A stretch of 64,000 nucleotides of DNA from Candidatus Methanoxibalbensis ujae (GTDB lineage: Archaea; Halobacteriota; Syntropharchaeia; Alkanophagales; Methanospirareceae): positions 1-64,000 of the forward strand of contig JAOQIN010000003.1 of assembly GCA_026134085.1 (NCBI GenBank). The letters are read 5' to 3'. A program made the position numbers and the translations under genes. Of this stretch, positions 1 to 12,697 are shown piece after piece. Positions within the stretch are counted from its first letter, which is position 1. Every line of letters starts with the position of its first letter. The notes under the pieces were generated by a model, which worked only from the letters and a program-made list of their open reading frames with translations, had not been told where the DNA came from and searched no databases.

Positions 1-56
1 ACTGCTGCAATCAACGCCCCTGCAATCTTACTCTTCCCTTCCATTTCTTCTCTCAT
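1..56 (-). CDS. 5' end of a gene running off the window; probable signal peptide (MREEMEGKSKIAGALIAAV...)
   Basis: ATG at 56 preceded by purine-rich GGGAGGTG; basic then hydrophobic N-terminus; open to the window edge. Confidence 0.55.
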   Translation of the reverse strand, partial: MREEMEGKSKIAGALIAA

Positions 57-795
57 CACCTCCCTTCCGCTTTTCACCTTTTTCTCCCCTTATATATTTT
101 TATGCTTTTCGGTTATTGGGGTTATACATGGATTGGGGTTATACATGGGCGTTGGCTCATTGATATTGGGTTAAATCATATCATCGCCCACATACCCCAT
201 CCCTGCTCACCTCCGTCCTCTGTCTGCACAACCACAGGAATTTTCCTACGCATGGAATTTGTTTGGTTTCAGATTTATTCATGCAACTATGAATGCAAGT
301 TGTATCTCTGAATTGAGAGAGGTGAGCTGCTCCATATAAGCAAGCAGGAGAGAGCTGCCAGCCCCAATATGGCTCACAAAAACGCATCCTCTCCGACACA
401 TAATTAATCTCAACAGTAAGCTTAGTAAGCTTTCTCGGCCTTTCTTCAATTTTTCTTCAATTGAAAGCAGCAGGCATGTAGCTACATATTTGAGACTGAG
501 CAGATCTTGTGGAAGCGCCACAGCGTCGCCCTTCCAGAACCATGAGCTTGCATTTCTCCAATCTCTGAGAGGAAGCGCGGAGTTATATGAGCGGGACTTT
601 CAGTTCAGTAATCACCGATCTCAACGATTCACCATGATGGTGTGTTCTTATTTCCCTGCTTCCTGCTGAAGGATGCTTGCGCATGTTCGTGTCATAACCC
701 TGAGCCACATCGTTCTCACGCTTCTCTCGCTTCTCACGCTCTTCATCCAGCCTAACTATCTAACTATAAATAGGTGTGGATGGAATTGAGAACTG

Positions 796-2697
796 GTGAT
801 GCGCATATGCGTCACCTTAGCGGAAGGAGGTCTGGAGATGGAAAGACTGCGTTTGGTGAAGGAGTTTCTCGGCATAGATGATGAGACCGAGGCGAAGGCG
901 TGGTGTCTTTTTGTTGATATGCTGCGGGCGATGAGCGATGCTGAGGCTGGGCTGATAAGTAAGGGAGATGCCGATAATGCTCACAGGCAGTTTGAGCTGT
1001 TTCTCATGCAGCACGATCTCAAGATGTTGAGCGATGAGGACGGTCTTGAACCCGGCGAGTTCGCCATAATCAAGCGGACTGCTTCTGAGATGAAAAGGGT
1101 CAACAGCATGGACATTCTGCTGCTTATGAACAATGAGGACATCTGTGAAGCGCTGATTGCTGAGGATGTGCGTGATGTTGCGGGTTTTCCTGACAACATC
1201 ATCAGATTTCTTGCGGCGCCCAATGTGCATGAGTGGCTGAAGGAGAGGATTATTGAGAGAGATCCGGAAAGAGGTGAGCGTCTGCTCAGGGCTGTTATTG
1301 ATGAGGTTCCTGACGATATATATGCACATTTCATGCTCACCAGGAAATATGAGAAGGATGGGAGGACCGCAGACGCTGAAGCAGAATACAGGCGATTCCT
1401 CCGCATTCGTGATGATGGCATAGTTTGGGCCAATTACGGATGGCTTTTGGAGCGTATGGGCAGATATGATGATGCTCTGAGAGCGTTTGAGCGCGCTTCC
1501 TCACTGATTCAGTCTGAGATGGGCGGGGATTATGAGCTTGTGGATGAGCTGCAGAGAAGTATAAGCAGGGTTTCACGCATGAGGAATCTGCGAGGTGAGG
1601 ATGCGATGAAAGCACATGCATATCAGCAGGCTGTCTGGCTGATAAACGAGGTGAAGGGATATGCGGAGATGCATTTCGGAAGGGAGATGGAGATCGCGAG
1701 GGAGGAGTTCATGGAGGCGGAGAATATTGAGGAGATGAGCGAGGAGGATGAGATGGAGTTCATGAACTGGTTCCTCTTCACAAGATCTCTCCCTGACGGA
1801 AGGACTCCTGCTGTTGTGTTCGCCGATGAAAGAGGGCTTGACGAAGACACAAAAGCAAAACTGAAACATCTCGGCAGCCCCAGGAGCGGGATATATGAGA
1901 TCATCTCATATGAGCCCGATGCTTTCAGAATACGCGTGAGAAACCTGTTGAGCGATGAGGAATACGAGCTGATGGCGGACATAGAGGGCATTGAAGTCGG
2001 TCAGACATTTTCGGGAAATCTCTACCCGTGGGGCGACATATATCTGAGTGGAGGAGCTCTTCGCATACATTCGCCCGAGCTGAGCGATGAGATAAAAAGC
2101 GTTGTTGAGAGCTTCAGCACACCGGATTCATCTGAGAGCGAAGATAAGCGTGAGGAGTTGCATAATGCATTCACCTCCTTTTTCGGATCTTGGGAAGCTG
2201 TTTTTGATACGAAGGAAGCATGTGAGGATGCCATAAACAGATTTCTTGACTGGTTCTTCCTTGAGCGAAAGACGGAAATCGGAAAGACAATTGCGGAGAT
2301 CTATCGTGAGGAGCACGGAGAGGAGATGAAAAGGGAACCATTCAAAATACCTCAGTCATTTGAGAGCGCAAAGAACATAGGCGTGCTGAGCGATGCTGAG
2401 GAGGGCATATTTCTCGTCCAGGATTACGGAATTCTGAAAAATGTGATAGAGAATGGAAGCGTCTCAGCAGCAGGTGAAGATGCTCCTGAAATGGGAAAGG
2501 ATGAAATTGTTGAAAAGATAAGGGCGATGTTCATTGAGATGGAGATATTTGTGCTTCGCAATCTCCTGCAGTCTCATAGAGAAAATGTGATAAATGTGTT
2601 GAATGAGGTCTTCAATGCCGAGCTGCCTGAGGATGCGGATGTTGATAATGTGATCTCATTCATAATGCAAATGAGAGAGCAGAGGGAGACCCTATAA
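796..2697 (+). CDS. Tetratricopeptide-repeat protein, 633 aa
   Basis: Long ORF with TPR-like helices (WANYGWLLERMGRYDDALRAFERA). Confidence 0.75.
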   Translation: MMRICVTLAEGGLEMERLRLVKEFLGIDDETEAKAWCLFVDMLRAMSDAEAGLISKGDADNAHRQFELFLMQHDLKMLSDEDGLEPGEFAIIKRTASEMKRVNSMDILLLMNNEDICEALIAEDVRDVAGFPDNIIRFLAAPNVHEWLKERIIERDPERGERLLRAVIDEVPDDIYAHFMLTRKYEKDGRTADAEAEYRRFLRIRDDGIVWANYGWLLERMGRYDDALRAFERASSLIQSEMGGDYELVDELQRSISRVSRMRNLRGEDAMKAHAYQQAVWLINEVKGYAEMHFGREMEIAREEFMEAENIEEMSEEDEMEFMNWFLFTRSLPDGRTPAVVFADERGLDEDTKAKLKHLGSPRSGIYEIISYEPDAFRIRVRNLLSDEEYELMADIEGIEVGQTFSGNLYPWGDIYLSGGALRIHSPELSDEIKSVVESFSTPDSSESEDKREELHNAFTSFFGSWEAVFDTKEACEDAINRFLDWFFLERKTEIGKTIAEIYREEHGEEMKREPFKIPQSFESAKNIGVLSDAEEGIFLVQDYGILKNVIENGSVSAAGEDAPEMGKDEIVEKIRAMFIEMEIFVLRNLLQSHRENVINVLNEVFNAELPEDADVDNVISFIMQMREQRETL

Positions 2698-2699
2698 AG

Positions 2700-2773
2700 C
2701 GGAGCCGCTGGGATTTGAACCCAGGTCATCGGGTCCGAAGCCCGAAGGGATTTCCTGACTACCACACGGCTCC
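2700..2773 (-). tRNA. tRNA-Arg(TCG)
   Basis: Cloverleaf on minus strand: acceptor GGAGCCG/CGGCTCC, anticodon arm TCGGG-CT TCG GA-CCCGA, T-arm CTGGG TTCAAAT CCCAG. Confidence 0.95.
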
Positions 2774-3013
2774 CCGTCTCTTTTTTGTTTTGTTTTTCTT
2801 CTTTTTTGCTTTGCACTTCTCTTCCTTTTCTTTATCATTTCTCGCTTTTCGTTCTTTCCCTCTCTCTTCACGGGACATGATCGGTGATGGGCAGTTAAGA
2901 GGAGGAGATCTGAAGCGAAAGCTGATTCATATGCTGAATATGCTGAACATGCTGAACATGAACGATGAGCTCTGACGGACAAGTTGGCGAGGAAAATAAG
3001 GAAAAAATAAAAA

Positions 3014-3676
3014 ATGAATGATGAAAGGCGGAGAGAGCGAACTGATGGAGAGAGCAGAGATATGAGGGTGATAGTGGGTGTAACAGGTGCGAGCGGTGCT
3101 ATTTTGGCTGAGAGGCTGCTTCAGGTTCTCAGGGAGAGGCTTGTTGAAGTTGATCTGATAATAACTCCAGCTGGCAGATACATAGTGAAACATGAATTGG
3201 GTGCTCCTGAGAAACTTGAGGAGCTGGCAACGGAAACATACGATATATATGACACAGCCGCCGACATCGCGAGCGGATCTCAATACGCAGGATCTCAGAA
3301 CAGAGTTGCATTGATAGTCATACCATGCACAATGAATGTTGTTGCAAAAATGGCTCATGGAATATCTGATAATCTGCTGCTTCGGGTTTTTGATGTGGCA
3401 TTGAAGGAGGGGAAAAAGATCATAATTGTTCCGAGAGAAGTGCCTTTAAATGAAAATCATCTGGAAAATTTGCTGAAATTAAGAAAAATGGGAGTTATTA
3501 TTATTCCTCCATTGATGACTTTTTATTATAAACCCGGAAGGATAGAGGATATGGTGAATTATATCATACAGAAAATATGCGATCATCTCAATATAACATG
3601 TGAGTTGGTGCCACGATGGCACACGGACAACACGAGCAAAATGCGGAGAGATGCGGGAGATGATACGAGGGTATGA
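3014..3676 (+). CDS. ubiX: Flavin prenyltransferase UbiX (start may be 3062)
   Basis: VGVTGASGA, IASGS, PCTMN, DNLLLR and PREVP motifs. Confidence 0.9.
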   Translation: MNDERRRERTDGESRDMRVIVGVTGASGAILAERLLQVLRERLVEVDLIITPAGRYIVKHELGAPEKLEELATETYDIYDTAADIASGSQYAGSQNRVALIVIPCTMNVVAKMAHGISDNLLLRVFDVALKEGKKIIIVPREVPLNENHLENLLKLRKMGVIIIPPLMTFYYKPGRIEDMVNYIIQKICDHLNITCELVPRWHTDNTSKMRRDAGDDTRV

Positions 3677-3824
3677 TGATATGATGGATATGATGTGATG
3701 ATGTGATCATGAATGGCATGAGACATGATGGCATGAGGATGGCACGAGGATGGCATGAGAGTGTGAGGCGTGAGTTGGATATCAGACAGGAAGACAGGAA
3801 GACGGGAAGTGGAGGAGGTAACTT

Positions 3825-4643
3825 ATGAATGATTCTGAGATGTTGTTTGTGAAGTTTGGAGGCTCTTTGATAACGAGGAAGGATGAGATGTTCACTGTTG
3901 ATTACGGGAGGATGCGCGGGATTGTGAGGGAGCTGGCGGAAGTTTTGGATGAGATTTCGCCGAGGCTCATAATAGGACACGGTGGAGGTTCCTTCCCTCA
4001 TCCGATAGCAAAGTCTTTCAATGTGAGGGAGGGGATTGAAGGTGGTTCAAAAAGAGGATTTGTTTTATGTCGTAATGCAGCATCAACACTCAATCGCATT
4101 TTTGTGGATATGATGAACGATTATGGTGTTGATGCGATCTCCATACAGACATCTGCTGCCGTCATGGCGAAAAACGGTGAGATACAGGAATTCTTCATAG
4201 ATCCTATAAAGAGTGCGCTGTCATTGGATTTGATACCTGTGGTGTATGGGGACTGCGTGTTTGACATTTCAAGAGGTTTCACTGTCGTATCAACTGAGCG
4301 CATTTTCAAGTTTCTGGCGAGGCATATAAGACCATCAAGAGTAATTATTTTCAGCATTGTCAATGGTATATACACATCTGATCCTTTGAGGGATGAACAT
4401 GCAAGGCGGATACCGAGGATAAACGCAAATGTCTTCTCCGATGATTATCTGCGCGATTCGTATTACATTGATGCGACTGGAGGTATGAGGGAAAAGGTGA
4501 AGGAGCTTTTTGACATAGCAAAATCCGGGGTGGAATGTGAGATCCTGAGCGGAGATGAGGGCAACATAAAAAGAGCATTATCGGGATACAGAGGCATTGG
4601 AACGATCATTGAGGCGAAAGCGTCTGCAGACGGTGATTATTGA
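3825..4643 (+). CDS. ipk: Isopentenyl phosphate kinase
   Basis: Amino-acid-kinase fold: KFGGSLITRK, HGGGSFPH, PVVYGD, DATGGM. Confidence 0.88.
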   Translation: MNDSEMLFVKFGGSLITRKDEMFTVDYGRMRGIVRELAEVLDEISPRLIIGHGGGSFPHPIAKSFNVREGIEGGSKRGFVLCRNAASTLNRIFVDMMNDYGVDAISIQTSAAVMAKNGEIQEFFIDPIKSALSLDLIPVVYGDCVFDISRGFTVVSTERIFKFLARHIRPSRVIIFSIVNGIYTSDPLRDEHARRIPRINANVFSDDYLRDSYYIDATGGMREKVKELFDIAKSGVECEILSGDEGNIKRALSGYRGIGTIIEAKASADGDY

Positions 4644-4828
4644 TGATATGCATGTCCATTGAGCGGGGCTTCTTCACCGCGTGCTGTTTATTCTGAACTG
4701 CGGTTCTACGGTTCTATCTCACGATGAATGAGGATATGGAATGAATAAGGAGATGGCCCACAATAAGGAGATGGATCACGATAAGCCAAGAAAAGAACAG
4801 AGATGTCTGATGCTTGAACCTGCTTGCG

Positions 4829-6489
<1,661 letters not shown>

Positions 6490-6567
6490 TCGTGCACTGT
6501 CATCGTATGTGTCATTGTATGCAGCATCAGGCTGAGTGTATGCAGCATCAGGCTGAGGGGAGCGAGC

Positions 6568-7788
6568 TCACTTCTCCCTCACAGTTTCTTCAACCGCCAT
6601 GCCGAAGTGTCTTCCAGCTGCTGTCAGATGGACGAGCACCTCATCTCCCTCCTTAAGCGAGACCACGGATATAGGCTTCTTGTCCTTTCCCACGAGTTTT
6701 ATTGTCTCGGCATTCTGCAGAATGATGCTGCACTTTCGCTTCTCGCCGTCCACATCCACTTCAGCCTCAACGAGTATCAGCGGTCTTCGCTCTATTTTCG
6801 CTCTTCCCACGACCGCCTTCCTGACTTTTCCATCCGCATTCACAATGAGGACTTCGTCGCCACTTGAGATTTCAGCGAGATATTTGGTTTTATCTCCCAC
6901 AAGTATATATGCGTGGACGGCGCCCGCGTTCACCCTGAAAGGTCTCGCCTCAACATAGGGGCTTTCCTCAGTCTCCGAATGAACGAGGAAAAGAGCAAAT
7001 GACTGCGAGCCGACGAGCATGCCCTCTCCAGCCTGCATGAGCGAACATGTGTCAACACACACACGATCACCCATCTCAAGCGGTTTCACATTCGTCACTC
7101 TTGCGGTTGTGAGCGGTAACCTGCCGAATTTCAATTCTTCTCGCAGCTCAACAGCCTTCTTGATCTCAGAGGGATCATCAGTGTCTATGAGAACGCCGTC
7201 AGCTCCGTGTTCAAGCGTTTCAAGCGCTGTCCTCGCCTCCTCAGCAGTTTTTACGCCCGCAATCACTTTTTTTCTCTTTGAGGAAATCGCCGCTATAATG
7301 TTTTCAAGAGGTATTATCTTCCAATCCCTGCCTATGACTATGATGTAATCGCAGTATTCCGCAAGCTTCAATGCGAAATTTTCATACGCCTTTCCGAGCA
7401 TCTCAACATAAACCGCACTTCTCCTGCCCTTCAAATGCTTCAGCGCAGTGAAAATGACTGAATTCTCCGTTTTCTCGGGAAGCGGTTTCTTCCCATCGCC
7501 CTCCCCGTTCTTCCCGAAAACAATGATGTCGGCATCCTTTCCCTCCTCAATCATTTCCGATATGTGCTCCTCCCGCATGAAATCCAGATCCGACCGTGGA
7601 CTGCGAACAAACGCAGCAACAGGTATCTTGCCAAGCTCCTTCACCCTCGCACAGTCCTCCGCATCAACGAGAACGACATCTGCACCGGATTCAAGTGCAG
7701 CGGTGATCCTGCTCTTCCGCTTTTCCCATGTTTCACCGGAACTCCTATCTGCTTTCACCCATATCTCCTTTCTCTCACTTTCCATCAT
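6568..7788 (-). CDS. aroB': 3-dehydroquinate synthase II (archaeal AroB')
   Basis: WKIIPLEN, GDRVCVDT, RPFRVNAG, LQNAET and GRHFG motifs. Confidence 0.93.
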   Translation of the reverse strand: MMESERKEIWVKADRSSGETWEKRKSRITAALESGADVVLVDAEDCARVKELGKIPVAAFVRSPRSDLDFMREEHISEMIEEGKDADIIVFGKNGEGDGKKPLPEKTENSVIFTALKHLKGRRSAVYVEMLGKAYENFALKLAEYCDYIIVIGRDWKIIPLENIIAAISSKRKKVIAGVKTAEEARTALETLEHGADGVLIDTDDPSEIKKAVELREELKFGRLPLTTARVTNVKPLEMGDRVCVDTCSLMQAGEGMLVGSQSFALFLVHSETEESPYVEARPFRVNAGAVHAYILVGDKTKYLAEISSGDEVLIVNADGKVRKAVVGRAKIERRPLILVEAEVDVDGEKRKCSIILQNAETIKLVGKDKKPISVVSLKEGDEVLVHLTAAGRHFGMAVEETVREK

Positions 7789-7890
7789 TCACCACGTTCG
7801 TTTTCTTCATCTGTTACTCTCTGTTACTCATCCAGCATCATACATACATCATCCTCATACATCCTCATACCAGAATCCAAAACAACGACA

Positions 7891-8745
7891 TTATTTTTTC
7901 AATATCTCAAGCGCCTCTTTTGCGGAGAAACCATCGTGGACAATTTTGCTTATTGCCATTGTCATCCGCATTGGGTCGTCGTGCTGAAATACATTTCTGC
8001 CTATGGAAACACCTGATGCTCCCGCTTCCATTGCGCATTCAACCATCTCAAGCACCTCCTCGTCTGTCTTAGCCCTGGGACCTCCCGCGATTATGATGGG
8101 AACCGGGCAGCTCCTGATGACATCTTTAAACGAATCCACATCGCCCGTGTAGTTTGTCTTCACGATGTCAGCGCCGAGCTCCGCGCCGACCCTCGCAGCA
8201 TGCTTCACCATTTCGGGGTCATGCTCGCTCTTCACTTTCGGACCGCGAGGATACATCATGGCAAGCAGAGGCATTCCCCATTCCTCACACTCCATCGCAA
8301 CCATTCCGAGCGATTGAAGCATCTCAGGCTCATTCTCCGCACCGACATTCACATGAATTGACACCGCATCAGCGCCGAGTTTTATGCCTTCCTCAACGGA
8401 AGCGACGAGCACCTTGTTGAGCGGGTCAGGGCCGAGAGAAGTGCTTGCGGATATGTGAAGCACAAGCCCGATGTCCCTGCCGTAACCGCGATGCCCGGCA
8501 ACGACAATGCCCTTGTGCAGCAGAACTGCATTCGCACCGCCCTCAGCAACTGCATTGACTGCTCTCCGCATGTCCTCCAATCCCCTCACAGGACCGAGCG
8601 TGACGCCATGGTCCATCGGCACAATGACGCTTCTCCCGCTCTCTCTGTCTATTATGCGCTCCATCCTTATCCGCTTTCCTATGTTCATCTGCTCCATTCT
8701 CTCCCTTATGCTCGTCATATACGCCACCTTCCCTTCTTTCTTCAT
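7891..8745 (-). CDS. aroA': 2-amino-3,7-dideoxy-D-threo-hept-6-ulosonate synthase (class I aldolase)
   Basis: PMDHG, MYPRG, GADIVKT, AGG and GRNVFQ motifs; directly upstream of aroB'. Confidence 0.9.
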   Translation of the reverse strand: MKKEGKVAYMTSIRERMEQMNIGKRIRMERIIDRESGRSVIVPMDHGVTLGPVRGLEDMRRAVNAVAEGGANAVLLHKGIVVAGHRGYGRDIGLVLHISASTSLGPDPLNKVLVASVEEGIKLGADAVSIHVNVGAENEPEMLQSLGMVAMECEEWGMPLLAMMYPRGPKVKSEHDPEMVKHAARVGAELGADIVKTNYTGDVDSFKDVIRSCPVPIIIAGGPRAKTDEEVLEMVECAMEAGASGVSIGRNVFQHDDPMRMTMAISKIVHDGFSAKEALEILKK

Positions 8746-8986
8746 TCTTTTTTCTTTAACTATTGCTCACACATGAGCGTGAGGGCAAAATGCATGAGCC
8801 CCCGACCGTCTCCAGCTGATGCGTCCAATCTGCGTCCAATCCGGACAAGGTGGAATTTTCAGAACAGCATAACTATCAACATCCTCCACCTCACACACTT
8901 CCTCACCGAGGGGCGCTTTCGTATGGCCTTCGTGTATAAATGGCTGAATAAGCATGAATGAGCATGCGGCAGTTCAAAAGGTGCAC

Positions 8987-10210
8987 TCATAATCTGAGAC
9001 GCACCACGCATAAATATCTGAGACAACTCATACCGCCGGCATCTCCAGAATCATTCCTGCTTTCAGCCATTGCGAATATCATCTGCTTTCTGACGCCATG
9101 TGCGAGCCTCACAGCTCGTGATATGTCATACATGCTGAAACAGTGTGATTCGGGAGTGACATACACAAGAAATGATGAGTGCTTGCTGCCAGCCTGCTCA
9201 TACACTCTAAAATGAGAGCCGAACTTGAACCCCGTCTTCGGTATAAATCCTCTGTCCCGCAAGTCCTCATATACCTCATATATAAGAGGGAAATCGCTCA
9301 CAATTCCTGAAGCGAGTTTCATGAACGCATCAAATTCCCCTCTCTGTCCTTCCTGCTCATCCACTTCACTCCTTTCCTCCGTTTTGGGTATCTTATCCAC
9401 TCTCTCTACTGCCTCGTCTCTCTCTTTTTTTCCATTTCTTTTTCCATTTCTCTCCTTCACATCAGCTACATCAACTGAAATGATGCCCTTTTTGAGCAGA
9501 TATGCGGCTTCAACAAGTGAAAGATAAAGCACATCTCCCGAAAAAGCACCATAAAGATTTTCATGCAGCTTTTTCGCCATTTTATCATCAGATATGAGGA
9601 CGCGATCTCCCAGGAACACACCTCTTATTCGCCTGTCGGAGCCTTTGACGTGCGCTGTGTTTGCATTATTCGCTGCAATCGCATTATTCGCTGCAATCGC
9701 ATTGGCTTTATGTATGCTGTAATAAGTGATGTCGCTCTCATCGTCAACAATCGCAATGATCGCCTCCTTACGCATGTTACTGCCAATATCCACAATTCTC
9801 CTCAGACTGCTGATAGATATGCTGTCCCTCTCAGAGAAAGCATATATAAATGCTTTAGCGCCATTTTTGCCGCCGCGCGGGAGAAGCCAGATGAAATCGG
9901 AGCCGCAGCGAACAGCATATCCCCTTTCCCTCAGATCTCTATATACGAGATGCCTGAGAATGAAATCGGGCTGAGCGCGCATTGCAAATCTCATGAAATC
10001 CTCATATCCAATCTCATTGCCACGCTCATCATCAACACGCATCTTCCCACGCTCAATCAGGAATGCAGCTTCCTCAAATGACATCGCCTTCCGCCTTCTC
10101 CTCATGGTTTCAGTCACTGTCATGGTGTCCCTCACAAATTCTGAAACAATGACCCTGCCCTCAACAAGTTTTGCACGCACCAGCTTCCTCCTCATTTTCT
10201 CACCCCGCAC
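8987..10210 (-). CDS. endA: tRNA-splicing endonuclease, two-repeat (alpha2) type
   Basis: Duplicated domain: VYRDLRERGY, then VYEDLRDRGFIPKTGFKFGSHFRVY..HS and RLAHGVRK. Confidence 0.9.
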   Translation of the reverse strand: MRGEKMRRKLVRAKLVEGRVIVSEFVRDTMTVTETMRRRRKAMSFEEAAFLIERGKMRVDDERGNEIGYEDFMRFAMRAQPDFILRHLVYRDLRERGYAVRCGSDFIWLLPRGGKNGAKAFIYAFSERDSISISSLRRIVDIGSNMRKEAIIAIVDDESDITYYSIHKANAIAANNAIAANNANTAHVKGSDRRIRGVFLGDRVLISDDKMAKKLHENLYGAFSGDVLYLSLVEAAYLLKKGIISVDVADVKERNGKRNGKKERDEAVERVDKIPKTEERSEVDEQEGQRGEFDAFMKLASGIVSDFPLIYEVYEDLRDRGFIPKTGFKFGSHFRVYEQAGSKHSSFLVYVTPESHCFSMYDISRAVRLAHGVRKQMIFAMAESRNDSGDAGGMSCLRYLCVVRLRL

Positions 10211-10226
10211 TCACGGTCGCAGCGAC

Positions 10227-10976
10227 TCACGATCGCAGCGGATGACCGACAGGTATCACATAAAGCGGTTCTGCAGATGTGTTCAGGATTTCCCGCACCC
10301 TGTCGTCAAAGAAAGCGCCGATTGCAACAGTCGCAAGGCCGAGCGACTCGCACTCCAGATATATGTTCTGAGCGGCGTGTCCTGCTTCCATATGAACATA
10401 TCTGATCCCGCGGTCTCCATATCTGCGTGTTGTCCTCTCATATACCGCGCAGATTACGAAATCAACAGGTGCGTTTCTGACACATTCCTGACCCACTGCT
10501 GCATCGCACAGGTTCGCTCTGACATCTCCATCCACAACCCTCTCAATGCGGTGTGTGTGCGGCTCATAATGATATACGCCCTCCTTCAGATATCTCTCAC
10601 CCAGCACGACGCTGCGGTTTCCGACTGCGACATACACCTCAAGCGGATATGTTGCACCGGCAGACGGCGCCGACCGAAATTTCCTGAAAGGGTCTGTGAT
10701 GCCCTGAGCAGCCCACAGGAGCTGCGATATGTGATGTATGTTCAGAGGCTCATCAGTGTAACTGCGCACCGAACGCCTGCTTTTTATCGCCGCTTCTACT
10801 GAGACATTGCCGCTGTAAATGGGCTCGGGAAGCTGAATGACTGCATCCTCCTCAAAATCAACATGCTGCATTGACAGCTGAGAAAACTGATGAAGCGCGT
10901 AAAAAACAGAAGCGGCTACAACCGCAGCGATGAATATTTTTTTCCTGCTCAAGTGTGTTGATGACATTCTCCTCAC
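10227..10976 (-). CDS. SagB/ThcOx-family nitroreductase with N-terminal membrane anchor
   Basis: RRSVRSY, LLWAAQG, PSAGATYPLE and EAGHAAQN motifs. Confidence 0.88.
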   Translation of the reverse strand: MRRMSSTHLSRKKIFIAAVVAASVFYALHQFSQLSMQHVDFEEDAVIQLPEPIYSGNVSVEAAIKSRRSVRSYTDEPLNIHHISQLLWAAQGITDPFRKFRSAPSAGATYPLEVYVAVGNRSVVLGERYLKEGVYHYEPHTHRIERVVDGDVRANLCDAAVGQECVRNAPVDFVICAVYERTTRRYGDRGIRYVHMEAGHAAQNIYLECESLGLATVAIGAFFDDRVREILNTSAEPLYVIPVGHPLRS

Positions 10977-11001
10977 GCAGCCTCACTCAGAACGCAGCCA
11001 C

Positions 11002-11544
11002 TCACATGCCTCCAGAAGCTGTGCACGGAGTATCATCGTTGCTCCGCTGCAGTTTCCGCAGGCATCTCTCGCAGAACTTCCAGCTCTTGATGTCGGTGTC
11101 AAGGAGCGAATTTGAGAAATGCATAACACACATTCTGTTCTTGCAGTGCAGAAGACCCAAGACATGTCCGATTTCGTGAACTGCCTCCTTCAAAGCACGT
11201 TCTTTAATCATTTCTTCACGCGCTCTCCCATGCTCTCTCAGCCTGAAAAGCGAAATTAATGCTCTTTTTCCACCCAATTCCGCTTCTCCAAACACAAAGT
11301 TCAGATCTCCCGCATAAATATCATCATCAAGCACACCCAGAACAACATCACATCCGCCCGGCGTGTGAAGCGAATAAAGAATGACTGAGGAGTTATACTG
11401 CATTCTCAAATTGTTGAAGGCACGCTCAGGTATTTTTGAACGCTCAAGAACTCTCGCAGAACCGAAGATTTTCGCCAGTTTTTCGCTCAGAAAAATGAGT
11501 GTTCCCTCATCAACTTCTCCCAAAGGCAGAATGCACACTTCCAT
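11002..11544 (-). CDS. amzA: Archaemetzincin Zn-metalloprotease
   Basis: NFVFG; HEIGHVLGLLHC..CVM.FSNS and a Cys4 cluster. Confidence 0.92.
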   Translation of the reverse strand: MEVCILPLGEVDEGTLIFLSEKLAKIFGSARVLERSKIPERAFNNLRMQYNSSVILYSLHTPGGCDVVLGVLDDDIYAGDLNFVFGEAELGGKRALISLFRLREHGRAREEMIKERALKEAVHEIGHVLGLLHCKNRMCVMHFSNSLLDTDIKSWKFCERCLRKLQRSNDDTPCTASGGM

Positions 11545-11605
11545 TTTTCCCTCAGGGCAACGCACAGTGCCAAAGAGCCAGCACATGCAGCATCACGCAA
11601 TAATA

Positions 11606-12697
11606 TCACAATTCAGCGGCGAGCAGGTGTTTGTTTCCTATGTTCACATGCTTCAGGTATCTCCTTGCAGCATCATAACATCTCATTACCTGAGATTTTG
11701 GAGTGACTGGCAGATCGCTCATGAAGAAATCAGGATGAAAAACGAGCAAAGAATATGGAATTTCGTCGCTTAAACTTGCAATAAATTCTGCAATGCCTGC
11801 CACTTCCTGCTCATCAACATAAAAAGGTACAAGAAGTGTCGTTGCTGTGAGTATCGGTGGCTCTGAACCATCAAAAAAATCACGAGCGATCATCTCAAAG
11901 TTCTCATATGCTCGTTTATTTGATACGCCACACAGTGCAATGCTGAGATGGGGATCAAATGCTTTGAGGTCGAATTTTACGATGCCGCCGCTTTGGTGAG
12001 AGATTTCCGCTGCATTTCGCACAAGACTGCGTGAGCCACAGCCGTTCCACTCCCAGCATATCCTCACAGATGCCCGCTCAAGCACACGCTCAGATGCACC
12101 GATCGCGAAGGGAAGTTGAGGCTCAGGGCTTCCGCCGAAGAAGCAGATGCAGTATGTCTGCGGTCTCACGAGTGCTGCAAAATCATCAACAGTGAATGCC
12201 CGCGCAGCCCTGAGGTCTTTGTGGGAGGCGTTCTGGCAGAAAAGGCAGTTGAAATTACATCCATAAAAGAACACTGCGAGATTCTCTCCGCGATGTTGAG
12301 AGCTTCCGGGACAGAACCACGCCGCACAGCAGTTTGTCGGTAAGGGGTCGTAATATGCATACAGGAGACCGACCGATCCCTCTTCTCCACTTCCTTTTTC
12401 CGCAAAAAGAAAGCGAGCGTTGATAAGACGCGCAGAACCGCCAGCACGGAGACCGCAGTAGCCTATATCTCCCTCGCTCAACTCACACTCGTTCGCACAG
12501 ATATTGCACTTCACAACAACTCCCCCGCCAATGCTCGCTCCGGCACGGGGGGGCTCAGGGGGTAATCCGTATCTCGCTCGCACTTGCTTGTGCGCATCTT
12601 TCACATATTCCTCGCCGAGACCTGCTCTCAAGCATTCCGCACACACCTTCAATACGCTTGCCGCCCTGCCTTTCCCGCAGATCACACAGGTCTCCAT
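11606..12697 (-). CDS. Radical SAM protein (PflA/AmmeMemoRadiSam-like)
   Basis: CNFNCLFC (CX3CX2C), N-terminal Cys-rich segments, FDLKAFD. Confidence 0.85.
   Translation of the reverse strand: METCVICGKGRAASVLKVCAECLRAGLGEEYVKDAHKQVRARYGLPPEPPRAGASIGGGVVVKCNICANECELSEGDIGYCGLRAGGSARLINARFLFAEKGSGEEGSVGLLYAYYDPLPTNCCAAWFCPGSSQHRGENLAVFFYGCNFNCLFCQNASHKDLRAARAFTVDDFAALVRPQTYCICFFGGSPEPQLPFAIGASERVLERASVRICWEWNGCGSRSLVRNAAEISHQSGGIVKFDLKAFDPHLSIALCGVSNKRAYENFEMIARDFFDGSEPPILTATTLLVPFYVDEQEVAGIAEFIASLSDEIPYSLLVFHPDFFMSDLPVTPKSQVMRCYDAARRYLKHVNIGNKHLLAAEL

Noticed and set aside
181..750. Short ORFs or possible IS remnant
   Set aside because: Only fragmentary resemblance to a transposase; no DDE motif or terminal repeats I can support.
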